Below are positions 38,202-46,646 of a stretch of DNA of 64,000 bases, piece by piece. How positions within the stretch are numbered: the first letter of the stretch is position 1; every line of letters begins with the position of its first letter. Position numbers and translations under genes: made by a program. The stretch comes from Nanobdellota archaeon (lineage in GTDB: Archaea > Aenigmatarchaeota > Aenigmatarchaeia > QMZP01): positions 389,150-453,149 of the forward strand of contig JAHIVW010000003.1 of assembly GCA_018816245.1 (NCBI GenBank). The letters are read 5' to 3'. A model generated the notes under the pieces. It had not been told where the DNA came from. It did no database searches and was given only the letters and a program-made list of their open reading frames with translations.

Positions 38202-39680
38202 ATGAACATTCGCGTGGAAGCAACCCGGTTCGATTCCTTGAAAACACCGTTTGCGGTGTTTCCCTTGACCGAGGAAGCGACCAGTGCTATCAAACTGGGG
38301 AAGAAAACAACCCTTGCACCGATCACCAAGCGCGTCAAGGCTTGTGATTTCAAGGGGGAGACTGGTGACACCACGCTCCTCTACGATCCAACACCAGGTA
38401 TGGGACGGCTGCTCCTTGTTGGGCTCGGGAAGGAGAAGGAACTTACTATTGAAAAATATCGCCGCGCCGGAAACACCGGTGTCCACCACGCGAAACGAGC
38501 ACGGGTGCAGTCCTTGCATGTTGTGGCACAGCCGTATGCAAAGGTAAGCGAACAAGAAGCTGCTGTTGCCTTGGCTGAGGGACTCCTGCTTGGAGGGTAT
38601 GATTTTGACCGGTACAAGACCGAGGAGAAGGAGAAACGGAAACCGGTCAAGGATGCTACTCTTGTCCTCGGTTTGTTGTCCACGAAGATTCGCGATGCCG
38701 TCGCCCGGGCGGTTATCGTGTGTTCCAATACACTTTATGTTCGTGACTTGATGAACGAGAGCACAAGCAAGATGTCAACCCTTGATATTGCACGGGAAGC
38801 AGTGCGCATCGGGAAGAAACCACTTGTCCGGTGCAAAGTGTATGATGAGAAGGCGCTCAAGAAACTGAAGTGCAACCTGCTTCTCGGGGTCGGGGCAGGA
38901 AGCAAGTTCCCGGCGCGGATGATTGTCCTTGATTATGTCGGCAATCCCGGAAGCAAGGACACGATCGCGCTTGTTGGGAAGGGAATTACGTTTGATTCCG
39001 GTGGGCTGAATCTCAAGCCGACTGGGTACCTGGAAACCATGCGCATGGACAAAGGTGGTGCCATGACCGTGCTGGCAACCATCAAATGCCTGGCAGAACT
39101 GAAGGCCAAGGTGAATGTTGTTGGGGTTATGGGCATGGCGGAAAACATGATCGGTCCTGGTGCCCAGAAACCAGGCGACGTTGTTATTGGCTATGCAGGC
39201 AAGTCCGTGGAAATTGGAAATACTGATGCAGAAGGGCGGCTGGTACTCGGCGACTGTCTCGCCTTTGTTGAGAAGCAGTACAAGCCGAAGGCGATTGTTG
39301 ATCTGGCGACCTTAACCGGGGCCGTGCTCGTGGTCTTGTCAGAATACGGTGCCGGGCTTGTTTCCACAGATGATAAACTCGCGAATGCGCTTGAGACTGC
39401 AGGAACAGCAACAGGTGAGCGTGTGTGGCGGCTGCCGTTATATGAAGAATTCTTGGACGATGTCAAGAGTGACATCGCTGATGTCCGGAACGTCGGCCAT
39501 CCGAAAGGGTACGGCGGGACCGTGACTGCGGCAGCATTCTTGCGCAAGTTTGTTGGTGAGACACCGTGGGCACATCTTGATATTGCCGGAACCGCGTGGG
39601 CTGAGAAACCCAGGCACTATATTCAGCGAGGGGCGACCGGCTACGGCGTCCGGTTGCTCGTCGAGTGGCTGACGAGGTGA
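38202..39680 (+). CDS. pepA: Leucyl aminopeptidase (M17)
   Basis: The M17 signature NTDAEGRLVL is present, as are VGKGITFDSGG and MRMDKGGA. Confidence 0.92.
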   Translation: MNIRVEATRFDSLKTPFAVFPLTEEATSAIKLGKKTTLAPITKRVKACDFKGETGDTTLLYDPTPGMGRLLLVGLGKEKELTIEKYRRAGNTGVHHAKRARVQSLHVVAQPYAKVSEQEAAVALAEGLLLGGYDFDRYKTEEKEKRKPVKDATLVLGLLSTKIRDAVARAVIVCSNTLYVRDLMNESTSKMSTLDIAREAVRIGKKPLVRCKVYDEKALKKLKCNLLLGVGAGSKFPARMIVLDYVGNPGSKDTIALVGKGITFDSGGLNLKPTGYLETMRMDKGGAMTVLATIKCLAELKAKVNVVGVMGMAENMIGPGAQKPGDVVIGYAGKSVEIGNTDAEGRLVLGDCLAFVEKQYKPKAIVDLATLTGAVLVVLSEYGAGLVSTDDKLANALETAGTATGERVWRLPLYEEFLDDVKSDIADVRNVGHPKGYGGTVTAAAFLRKFVGETPWAHLDIAGTAWAEKPRHYIQRGATGYGVRLLVEWLTR

Positions 39681-39755
39681 CCCTACGGATCCAATCGGGA
39701 ACAACAACAGGCATTGCGATTTTTGATTTGTTGGTGACCGAAAACACTAAACATG

Positions 39756-41639
39756 TTACGGATTGTCTTGCCATTGCAGGTACGGATAGGTTTGCCCTTC
39801 AATAATATCCCATACAGAAACGAAATCCCATCCAGTGAACGTGGCCTGCTGGTGCATGGCTGCCGTGGGATGATTTTGGATGCCGCTACAGGTTCCTGAA
39901 CCACAATCCAGTAAGGGACCTGCGACGCTATTGTCCCAGTGATCGCCGACAAAGGTCCCTTTCTGTCGCTGTCCCACAAAGCCGCCAACATCGGTTGTTC
40001 CTGAGACTGTTGTTGCTGCGTACGTGTTGCGGATGGTTGCCGTTGTGCTTCCAAAACTCGGCGCCCGTACTTGTCCGGCAGCGCCGCCAACCTTGTTCGC
40101 GCCGGATACGTGGCCGAGAATGTAGACATTTTCAATCAAAGGATCGGACGTGCCATAGAATAACCCACTTCCCATTGTTCCAACAGCACCGCCAATGTAA
40201 TCTGTTCCGGTCACCGTTGCACTGGCAAAGGACGATTGCACAACACTCGCTCCGTAATAATCATCTCCATCAAGTCGTCCCACTAGACCGCCGACTGACT
40301 GGACCCCGTTTACTGATCCGGTGAAGGAAGATGCTGTAACCGTGCCCTGGTATTCTACATGTCCCACTAGACCGCCGACATTATTATTTCCTGAAATTGT
40401 TCCTGTTGCAGCGGCGTCCTCGACCAGCGGAGCGCCGCTATAGCCGGAGATCTCACCAACGATTCCGCCGACATGATTTCCTGTTCCGATCACGGTGGAA
40501 ACAGTTGCTGAAACGTCACGCAGAACACAGGGTCCGTCCATACTCCCTGCGAAGCCACCGATTTCTGTTGTGCCTTGGACAAGCTGTCCCGTGGCTGAGG
40601 AATCCGTGATCATTGCTCGATGATCCATTAAAGAAACAAAACCACCAAGTAGCCCGCCCGAACTGGTGACGGTCACTGCTGCTGATGAAAAGGTGATGCT
40701 TGTATCATCGGTCATCGAAGAGACGAAACCACCAAGACTACTCGACCCGGTAACAGAACCTGTAACCTTGGAATCGTCAATGGACGCGAAATCATGCAAC
40801 GAACCAGCAAACCCACCGGCAGTGTCCGCGGCGTTAACAGTAGCGGTTGCTTGCGAATCCGTTATCACTGTTTCTCCTTGCATTAACCCGACAAAGCCAC
40901 CAATATGGTCACCGGAGACTGTGTTGAAAACTATGCTTTCAATCGTTGTTCCTTCAATTCTGGATGATTCCTCCATACCTCCAACGATTCCCCCAACACT
41001 ACCGCTTCCTTGGACAGTGCCGCTGGCAAAAGAATCAATGATCATGCTGTTCCCGCCAATGGAACCGACAAGCCCGCCGACATCGTAATATCCAACAATA
41101 TTGTAGTCTTCAAGGTGCACGTTCACGAGCTTTGCGTTGTTGTCAATGATACCGAAGAGTCCTACAAAAGAGAGGGACGGATTTGCATACGTATAGTGAT
41201 TGATGATATGGCTATTGCCGTTATAAATACCAATAAAATGTGCGCCAGTCCCGCCAATGGGGGAAAGCGAGAAACCTGTTAGATTGATGTCGCAGGTCTG
41301 GATGTAATGCCCGGAGAGATTCGTGCGGACAGCGTCCAACTCCTGGGACGTGCAGACGTGCATATAGCCGGCCTCAAACCGGCAGGTTGCCGAACATCCG
41401 TCCCCGTTGTCAGTGTTACTGTCATCGCATTGTTCTGCTCCGCTGATGCGTCCATCACCACATACAACAATAGGAATAGGTGGTGAGGGGGAGACAAGAG
41501 GTGATAAAGGAGAGATTTTTGGTGCGACAACAAATTGTTGTCCAGCTAGTGTTTGTTGGTCAGCTATGAGGACAACGATAAGAATGAACGCAAAAACTGT
41601 TATGATCAGGATTCGGGTTTCCATGCGCATGCCTCTCAC
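39756..41639 (-). CDS. Secreted GLUG-repeat protein with an N-terminal Myxococcus-type cysteine-rich repeat
   Basis: An N-terminal anchor or signal is present. CGDGRISGAEQCDDSNTDNGDGCSATC is the Cys-rich repeat. More than 12 repeats of the (V/I/L)GG(F/L/I)VG type follow, at a period of about 25-30 aa. Confidence 0.7.
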   Translation of the reverse strand: MRGMRMETRILIITVFAFILIVVLIADQQTLAGQQFVVAPKISPLSPLVSPSPPIPIVVCGDGRISGAEQCDDSNTDNGDGCSATCRFEAGYMHVCTSQELDAVRTNLSGHYIQTCDINLTGFSLSPIGGTGAHFIGIYNGNSHIINHYTYANPSLSFVGLFGIIDNNAKLVNVHLEDYNIVGYYDVGGLVGSIGGNSMIIDSFASGTVQGSGSVGGIVGGMEESSRIEGTTIESIVFNTVSGDHIGGFVGLMQGETVITDSQATATVNAADTAGGFAGSLHDFASIDDSKVTGSVTGSSSLGGFVSSMTDDTSITFSSAAVTVTSSGGLLGGFVSLMDHRAMITDSSATGQLVQGTTEIGGFAGSMDGPCVLRDVSATVSTVIGTGNHVGGIVGEISGYSGAPLVEDAAATGTISGNNNVGGLVGHVEYQGTVTASSFTGSVNGVQSVGGLVGRLDGDDYYGASVVQSSFASATVTGTDYIGGAVGTMGSGLFYGTSDPLIENVYILGHVSGANKVGGAAGQVRAPSFGSTTATIRNTYAATTVSGTTDVGGFVGQRQKGTFVGDHWDNSVAGPLLDCGSGTCSGIQNHPTAAMHQQATFTGWDFVSVWDIIEGQTYPYLQWQDNP

Positions 41640-41669
41640 ATATTCTTTGTCGCAGGGAGAATAAAAAGA

Positions 41670-42116
41670 CTAAGGGTGGCAAAGGAGTGCCTCGGGATGG
41701 GTTGTAGTATTTGTGAACGGGTCATACCCTTGCCGGAGGAGGCTCTGCATCGGCCGGAAGAGCGGCTGCGGCAGGTTGTTCCAGTCGAACCAGCCGATCT
41801 CCGCTGTCCGGTCAGGTTCGGTGATGGTTGGTTCGCCGCGTGCCCAGTCTGCAAGCACACAGACTGTCAGGTAGTGAAGCTTGTGTTCGGGATGAACATC
41901 GTTGGTGACGGTTGCAAAGCGGATATTTTTGATTTCAATACCGCTTTCCTCTTTGGTTTCGCGCCGTGCACAGGCTTCAAGGGATTCGCCGAATTCCAGA
42001 TGGCCGCCGGGGGGACACCATGTGTCCTCGCCGTGTGCGCCGATTCGTTTCTGCATCAAGACATTATTGTTTTTGAGAATAATGACCCCGAGGCCGACTT
42101 TGGGGAGCTCTCTCAT
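41670..42116 (-). CDS. NUDIX hydrolase
   Basis: The Nudix box is GGHLEFGESLEACARRETKEESGIE. It overlaps the rtcB stop by 4 nt. Confidence 0.85.
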   Translation of the reverse strand: MRELPKVGLGVIILKNNNVLMQKRIGAHGEDTWCPPGGHLEFGESLEACARRETKEESGIEIKNIRFATVTNDVHPEHKLHYLTVCVLADWARGEPTITEPDRTAEIGWFDWNNLPQPLFRPMQSLLRQGYDPFTNTTTHPEALLCHP

Positions 42117-43564
42117 CCTTTCACATTCCCAATTGGTTTTAAATTCGCAACCAGCTTCGAGATTCCTGCCTGCTCGACAGACGCGACAACATCCGTGATG
42201 TTCTTGTACGCCATGCCGGCTTCTTCAGCAAGGCCCATGGCCGACGCGCTCTTCACATAGATGCCGCGCTTCTCCATGTCCTGCTGCAACTGGTCGCCTT
42301 GCACGAGCTTCTTTGCTTTGGTCCGCGACATAGTCCGCCCGGAGCCGTGACACGTGCTTCCGAACGTCAGCTCCATGGCTTTCTCGGTTCCCACAAGGAG
42401 TGCGGATCCGGTTTCCATGGACCCGCCGATGATGATCGGCTGCCCGGTTTTCTGGTATTGCTTTGTCAGTTCTGGATGGCCAGGACCGAATGCACGGGTT
42501 GATCCTTTGCGGTGAACCACAAGCTTTCGTTTCTTGCCGTCGACATCGTGCTCTTCGAGTTTTGCCATGTTGTGTGTGACGTCGTAAATCAAGTGAAGGC
42601 CAAGGGCTTCAGGAGATTGTTTGAAGATGCTGGAAAAGCCTTCGCGGATGCGATGGGTGACCACTTGCCGGTTCGCGTACGCGAAGTTAGCGGCGCAGGC
42701 CATTGCTTTGTAGTAGGTTTGGCCTTCGTCTGACTGGAACGGGACACATGCAAGTTCCCGGTCAGGAACAGTGATGTGGTAGCGGCGCATGATCTCGTCG
42801 AAGTTGCGCACCGAGTCCGTGCAGATCTGGTGGCCGATGCCGCGGGATCCCGTGTGCACCATGACCATGACCTGGTTTGGATCGGTGATCCCAAAGGCTG
42901 CGGCAAGGTCCTTGTCGAAGATTTCTTTTGCAACTTGCAGTTCCAGGTAGTGGTTGCCACTTCCCAGTGTACCGAGCTGGTTCTTGCCGCGTTTGTGCGC
43001 CTTGTCAGAAACCGTTGCCGGATCAGCCCACGGGATTTTCCCGTTGCTTTCGGTATGTTCAACATCGTCCTGCCAGCCGTAGCCGTTGTCAACGCACCAC
43101 TGCGTTCCATCTGTCAGGATGTCGTCGAGTTGTGCTGTATTGAGTCGTGCAAATCCTTTGACGCCGACGCCTGCGGGGACGGTCCTGAAAAAGGTGTTGA
43201 TGAGATCTTTGATTTTCGGTTTGACGTCGGTGTAGGTGAGGTTGGTTCGGATCAGGCGCATGCCACAATTGATGTCGAAGCCGACCCCCCCAGGAGAAAT
43301 AATCCCTTCCTTCACATCGAACGCCGCGACGCCGCCGATGGGGAAGCCATAACCCCAGTGGCCGTCAGGCATGCAGTAGGCATGCTTCACGATGCCGGGG
43401 AGACAGGCCACGTTCGTGGTCTGGTCGAAGACCCCGTGATCCATGTCCTTCAGGATCGTCGGCGAGGCCACGAAGCGGGCGGGGACGTGCATGCCCTGCT
43501 TGTAGGATGTGGGCAGCTCGTACAGGGCGTTCCCGATGCGCTGGAGTTGCTTGGGAATAACCAT
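42113..43564 (-). CDS. rtcB: RNA-splicing ligase RtcB
   Basis: A 483-aa protein. The metal and GMP-His motifs are present: PDGHWGYG, GGVGFDINCG, GSGNHY, HTGSRG and STCHGSGR. Confidence 0.96.
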   Translation of the reverse strand: MVIPKQLQRIGNALYELPTSYKQGMHVPARFVASPTILKDMDHGVFDQTTNVACLPGIVKHAYCMPDGHWGYGFPIGGVAAFDVKEGIISPGGVGFDINCGMRLIRTNLTYTDVKPKIKDLINTFFRTVPAGVGVKGFARLNTAQLDDILTDGTQWCVDNGYGWQDDVEHTESNGKIPWADPATVSDKAHKRGKNQLGTLGSGNHYLELQVAKEIFDKDLAAAFGITDPNQVMVMVHTGSRGIGHQICTDSVRNFDEIMRRYHITVPDRELACVPFQSDEGQTYYKAMACAANFAYANRQVVTHRIREGFSSIFKQSPEALGLHLIYDVTHNMAKLEEHDVDGKKRKLVVHRKGSTRAFGPGHPELTKQYQKTGQPIIIGGSMETGSALLVGTEKAMELTFGSTCHGSGRTMSRTKAKKLVQGDQLQQDMEKRGIYVKSASAMGLAEEAGMAYKNITDVVASVEQAGISKLVANLKPIGNVKG

Positions 43565-43595
43565 GGGAAGTGTTACGTTGTGTTGTTTATATGGA

Positions 43596-43616
43596 TATAT
43601 AACAGTGTTATATATA
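43596..43616. promoter_or_regulatory. Palindromic TATA-containing motif TATATAACAGTGTTATATATA, 32-52 nt upstream of rtcB
   Basis: Seen in the DNA. The core TATAACAGTGTTATA is identical to the one at 60727..60741. An imperfect hairpin follows at 43625..43659. Confidence 0.5.
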
Positions 43617-43666
43617 AGAAAGCCGAGTGGGCGATGATCCTTTCGGAAAACGCCCGCTCGACATTG

Positions 43667-44272
43667 TCACTGAGCGCGGAAATCAATGTCCGGTCCTGTC
43701 TCGACTTCCACATCAGTCATCTTCCCAACGAGGATCGATCCCTTCCCCAACGCCTTGATGGTTCCGGTCTCTATGTTCGCCAAGACGTCGACAGCGACGT
43801 GGCATCTTGGACCACTGAGAAAAAGGAACTGGTCAAGATGCCCGCTCTCGACATGGAGCGTTGCCCTGTCTCCTCCTGGGGACACTGCAAGAATCTTGGC
43901 GGTAAGGAGTTTCGCGTCGATGTCAGCAGAGCAAATGATGGTCGCCTGTCCTGCTACTGCTTCGAGCACCCGCAACTTGATAGGGAAACAACCATTTGAA
44001 ATGTGCAGGGAGGACGTTGGCACGTCCACCATGACATCACTACAGTTGTTGACGCAGAGCTGGATCGTTCGTGGTACCCGGATGTTGACTTCCCGCACAT
44101 AACGATCAACGGAGGTTCCGTTGAAGAACAGGAGATCATTTCCGAACACGACGGCTTCGTTTTGAACGTCGAGGACCTCTTGATCGAGGTCGTTGATCCC
44201 CCTCACCACAAGTTCTCTCCCACGGGTGAGAGAAATCTTGTGTGAAAAATTGTATAGCAAAACGGTCTGCAT
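43667..44272 (-). CDS. Hypothetical beta-rich protein (201 aa)
   Basis: The sequence shows alternating hydrophobic/polar short-strand periodicity (VMVDVPTSSLHISNG.., ATLHVESGHL.., HVAVDVLANIETGT..). GGAGAGAGT lies before the ATG. No confident family was assigned. Confidence 0.5.
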   Translation of the reverse strand: MQTVLLYNFSHKISLTRGRELVVRGINDLDQEVLDVQNEAVVFGNDLLFFNGTSVDRYVREVNIRVPRTIQLCVNNCSDVMVDVPTSSLHISNGCFPIKLRVLEAVAGQATIICSADIDAKLLTAKILAVSPGGDRATLHVESGHLDQFLFLSGPRCHVAVDVLANIETGTIKALGKGSILVGKMTDVEVETGPDIDFRAQ

Positions 44273-44298
44273 ACTCTCTCCATGGAGTTGGTGGTTTG

Positions 44299-44334
44299 TA
44301 AAAATCCGGGCGGGCAGCGTCGGTTGCCCGCCCG
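44299..44334 (-). terminator. Intrinsic-terminator-like GC hairpin plus T-run between the 156-aa and 201-aa orphan genes
   Basis: On the minus strand, CGGGCGGGCA-N8-TGCCCGCCCG forms a perfect 10-bp stem and is followed by GATTTTTA. Confidence 0.5.
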
Positions 44335-44364
44335 TGGCTTGAATGAGGATCCCAGCACCCTCGG

Positions 44365-44835
44365 TTACCTTTGAGAACGGACCCGGTCGTGCAGACCTTG
44401 AAGATCGTCTCTCGTCGCCTTCATAACGGGGACGATCTCATCCTCGAATCGTTGCATGCAGGTCGCCGGCCCGATCAGCTTCCCGGCCCGATCGTGAAAC
44501 TCTTCTCCCTCGTTGAGCAACACGAGGGTGAAACGCCGCGCGAGCCGGTGGAAGAGCTCGTCGGGAGTGAGTTCTTCATTCTGCACCAGACTTGCGATAA
44601 CCTCATCAACCGCTCGCTGGAAGAGCTCGACAAAGCGAGCATAGTGACTGAAATCCAGCTCCGCCAGGCTGAATGCCAGACGCATTTGGTGTGCGATGGC
44701 AATCCTCCTGAAGGCATATGCACGCGGAATGTCGAAGGGTTTCCGGAACAGATCAAGGAAATTGCACCAGAACACGCCCAGCACGATTCCGAGATCTTCA
44801 GTTGTTGGAGGATGAGTAGTTGTTGTCTTCATCAT
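44365..44835 (-). CDS. Hypothetical protein (156 aa), predicted helical
   Basis: The start MMKTTTTH at 44835 overlaps the upstream stop by 4 nt (ATGA). No motif was recognised. Confidence 0.5.
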   Translation of the reverse strand: MMKTTTTHPPTTEDLGIVLGVFWCNFLDLFRKPFDIPRAYAFRRIAIAHQMRLAFSLAELDFSHYARFVELFQRAVDEVIASLVQNEELTPDELFHRLARRFTLVLLNEGEEFHDRAGKLIGPATCMQRFEDEIVPVMKATRDDLQGLHDRVRSQR

Positions 44836-45284
44836 CCTGCCCCCGTCAGGAGTCCATGAACATCGTCGAAGAGCTTCGCCCCCTCTTCGATAAGCTCTTT
44901 GAGCTCCTTCAAAGCGGCAGTGGTTCCGATCGAATGGAACTGAAGGCGAATCAATCCTTCTTTTCCACCCAAAATCCACGAAACCGGCGTTTGTTCAAAA
45001 GCCTTGTCGAAGGATACCTGGAGGAATCCTATCCAGTCATGATCAGGGTTTGGAGCATCGGATACGAGCTCCTCCTTGACGATATACTTGAGATAGGGTT
45101 CTGCCACCTGTTCGCCGGTTACCTCCGTCACCCCAGCGAACCGAAGACCGAGGTCAAAGACCTTCACAAGTTCCTTGACAAAGCCTTCGTGTTCATTGTC
45201 GATGAATGCTCCCATGACAAGTCCCCAGGCGGACCGGAGGAGGCCGAAGATGAGCTTCGTTTGGTGCATTGTCAGTTTCTGCAT
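44832..45284 (-). CDS. Hypothetical protein (150 aa), possible paralog of 62203..62640 and of the C-terminal half of 53552..54055
   Basis: AAGGAG lies 6 nt upstream of the ATG. Weak colinear similarity is described in the findings. Confidence 0.55.
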   Translation of the reverse strand: MQKLTMHQTKLIFGLLRSAWGLVMGAFIDNEHEGFVKELVKVFDLGLRFAGVTEVTGEQVAEPYLKYIVKEELVSDAPNPDHDWIGFLQVSFDKAFEQTPVSWILGGKEGLIRLQFHSIGTTAALKELKELIEEGAKLFDDVHGLLTGAG

Positions 45285-45448
45285 GTTGTCTCCTTTCTCC
45301 CTCCCGGGAGAGTGAGTTTGTAGAAAACATGGTTCCCTTCCCGGCGCCGTTCGACGAGTCCTTTCTTGGACAGTCTCGCCAGGAATTCGCCGAAGAACTG
45401 GGCAACCCGTCGCTCGTCATAGTCACAGAACCTTTTCTCAGTCGTCAT
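45272..45448 (-). CDS. Small winged-helix (ArsR-like) DNA-binding protein (58 aa)
   Basis: LARLSKKGLVERRREGNHVFYKLT looks like a recognition helix plus wing. GGGAGG lies 7 nt upstream of the ATG at 45448. The ORF-track start at 45502 is an alternative. Confidence 0.5.
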   Translation of the reverse strand: MTTEKRFCDYDERRVAQFFGEFLARLSKKGLVERRREGNHVFYKLTLPGGRKETTCRN

Positions 45449-45510
45449 TGCAAAACCTCCCATGAATTCAACGCAAGATCGCCAAAGACAGTCTTGAGAC
45501 AAGAAATTTC

Positions 45511-45560
45511 GTCCACCAGCCGCGCTCCCGCTCCCTCATGCGAATCTTGTTTGTTCCCAC
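45511..45560 (-). promoter_or_regulatory. Conserved leader element, copy A (plus strand: GTCCACCAG..CGCTCCCGCTCCCTCAtgcGAATCTTGTTTGTTCCCAC)
   Basis: It shares the ordered blocks CTCCCTCA, GAATCTT, GTTTG and CCCAC with 62715..62765. The CTCCCTCA block lies 83 nt upstream of the first ATG here and 89 nt upstream in copy B. Confidence 0.45.
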
Positions 45561-45697
45561 GAGCCGTGCTCAGAGGGGACAAGATTCAGCCTGTGGCAGG
45601 ACACACCAACGAGGCGTGTCAACGGAGGGATGGTGGTGATGATCGTGATTTGTCACTGTCTGAAGATGAAAAATAGATACGAAACTATATAAACATT

Positions 45698-46114
45698 TCA
45701 GATGTCCACGGTCACCTGGGCCTCGTAGCCGTCCTTGGTCTTCGAAATCCCGAACTGGTGCATGGTGATCGCCTTCACGTCGTTCCGGAGCTTTTGAGTC
45801 TTGGGGTCGATCTTCCCGCCCCGGACCGTGGCCGTGACCCCGGTCGGCGTCACCTGAACCGCAAATTCCCTGAAGAGGAGCCCCTCGGTGTCCTTGAGGA
45901 AGATGAGTTCGGAAAGGAAGTCGTAGAGGAGGTGGTCAGGGTCAGTGCCACGGATAGTGACTATTTTCTTCACCGTTGCCGGGATGGTCGAGAGGTCTGC
46001 CATGGAGGCGAACGTGGCCTCGGCAGCAGCCGCAAAGAGCTCGTCGAGCGTCCTGCCCCGGGCGATGAAGGCGATGTCCGCTATCGAGGCGTCCTCGAGG
46101 AACTCGTAGGGCAT
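45698..46114 (-). CDS. Archease (RtcB activator)
   Basis: A 138-aa protein. MPYEFLEDASIADIAF.A.G.TLEELF, LYDFLSELIFL and the C-terminal KAITMHQF pattern are typical of archease. Confidence 0.9.
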   Translation of the reverse strand: MPYEFLEDASIADIAFIARGRTLDELFAAAAEATFASMADLSTIPATVKKIVTIRGTDPDHLLYDFLSELIFLKDTEGLLFREFAVQVTPTGVTATVRGGKIDPKTQKLRNDVKAITMHQFGISKTKDGYEAQVTVDI

Positions 46115-46144
46115 GGCTAGTGTAGATCAGGGGATTTAAAATGA

Positions 46145-46163
46145 TAAATAACAATGTTATATA
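46145..46163. promoter_or_regulatory. Palindromic TATA-containing motif TAAATAACAATGTTATATA, 31-49 nt upstream of archease
   Basis: Seen in the DNA. It has the same architecture as the rtcB and DASS sites. A hairpin follows at 46172..46214. Confidence 0.45.
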
Positions 46164-46165
46164 CC

Positions 46166-46214
46166 AGAAAAAGAGAGCGACCGGCACAACAGTTGCACCG
46201 ATAAATCGCTCTCT
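46166..46214 (-). terminator. Terminator-like hairpin plus T-run at the end of the surface-protein operon
   Basis: On the minus strand, AGAGAGCGA-N25-TCGCTCTCT forms a 9-bp stem and is followed by TTTTTCTGG. Confidence 0.45.
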
Positions 46215-46277
46215 CCAGGAACAGGAGTTTTCCGCAACGACGCACTTACTGGCTCACTTCCTGTTCCTGTTGTTGCG

Positions 46278-46556
46278 TCACTTCTTGGACTTCTTGGAGG
46301 CAGCCTGCAGCAGGGGCTTGACAAACCCTGTTGGTTTGTCTCGATTCAAGAAAGACGAGATTGCCTCTGCAGCCTCCCGTGAACACATACCATCCAGGGT
46401 GTCAGGGGGAAGCCGAAACGGTGATTTCACCACCTTAATCCTCCCCATCCTTTCTTCTGTCATCGCCATAACCCTTCCGTAAAGAGAAGAAAAGGAAACG
46501 AAACCGGTCTTTTGTCTGTCTTTCCTCAAGGACACGAGAGCCTTCAGCCTAATCAT
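46278..46556 (-). CDS. Hypothetical small protein, possibly ribbon-helix-helix-like
   Basis: It is the last ORF of the same-strand surface-protein operon. FRLPPDTLDGM...SREAAEAISSFL loosely resembles an RHH strand-helix pattern. The start is uncertain, with internal Met codons at 46469 and 46463. Confidence 0.4.
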   Translation of the reverse strand: MIRLKALVSLRKDRQKTGFVSFSSLYGRVMAMTEERMGRIKVVKSPFRLPPDTLDGMCSREAAEAISSFLNRDKPTGFVKPLLQAASKKSKK

Positions 46557-46646
46557 GACGTGCTGCTCAATGAGGAATCACATGACTCCTGGATCTGTGT
46601 ACTGAGGTGTTTAGAACTCCAGTGTTCTCGCCAGGAGTATAAAAAG

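Noticed and set aside
44835-44979. A 48-aa N-terminal extension of the 156-aa orphan protein (ORF-track start at 44979).
   Set aside because: It would overlap the upstream 150-aa gene by about 150 nt in another frame. The MMKTTTT start gives a classic 4-nt ATGA coupling.
45640-45700. A C/D-box sRNA-like pattern on the plus strand (GTGATGA ... CTGA ... ATGA).
   Set aside because: No terminal D box (CTGA) or terminal stem was found. The guide spacing (17 nt) is off, and the C' box is degenerate.
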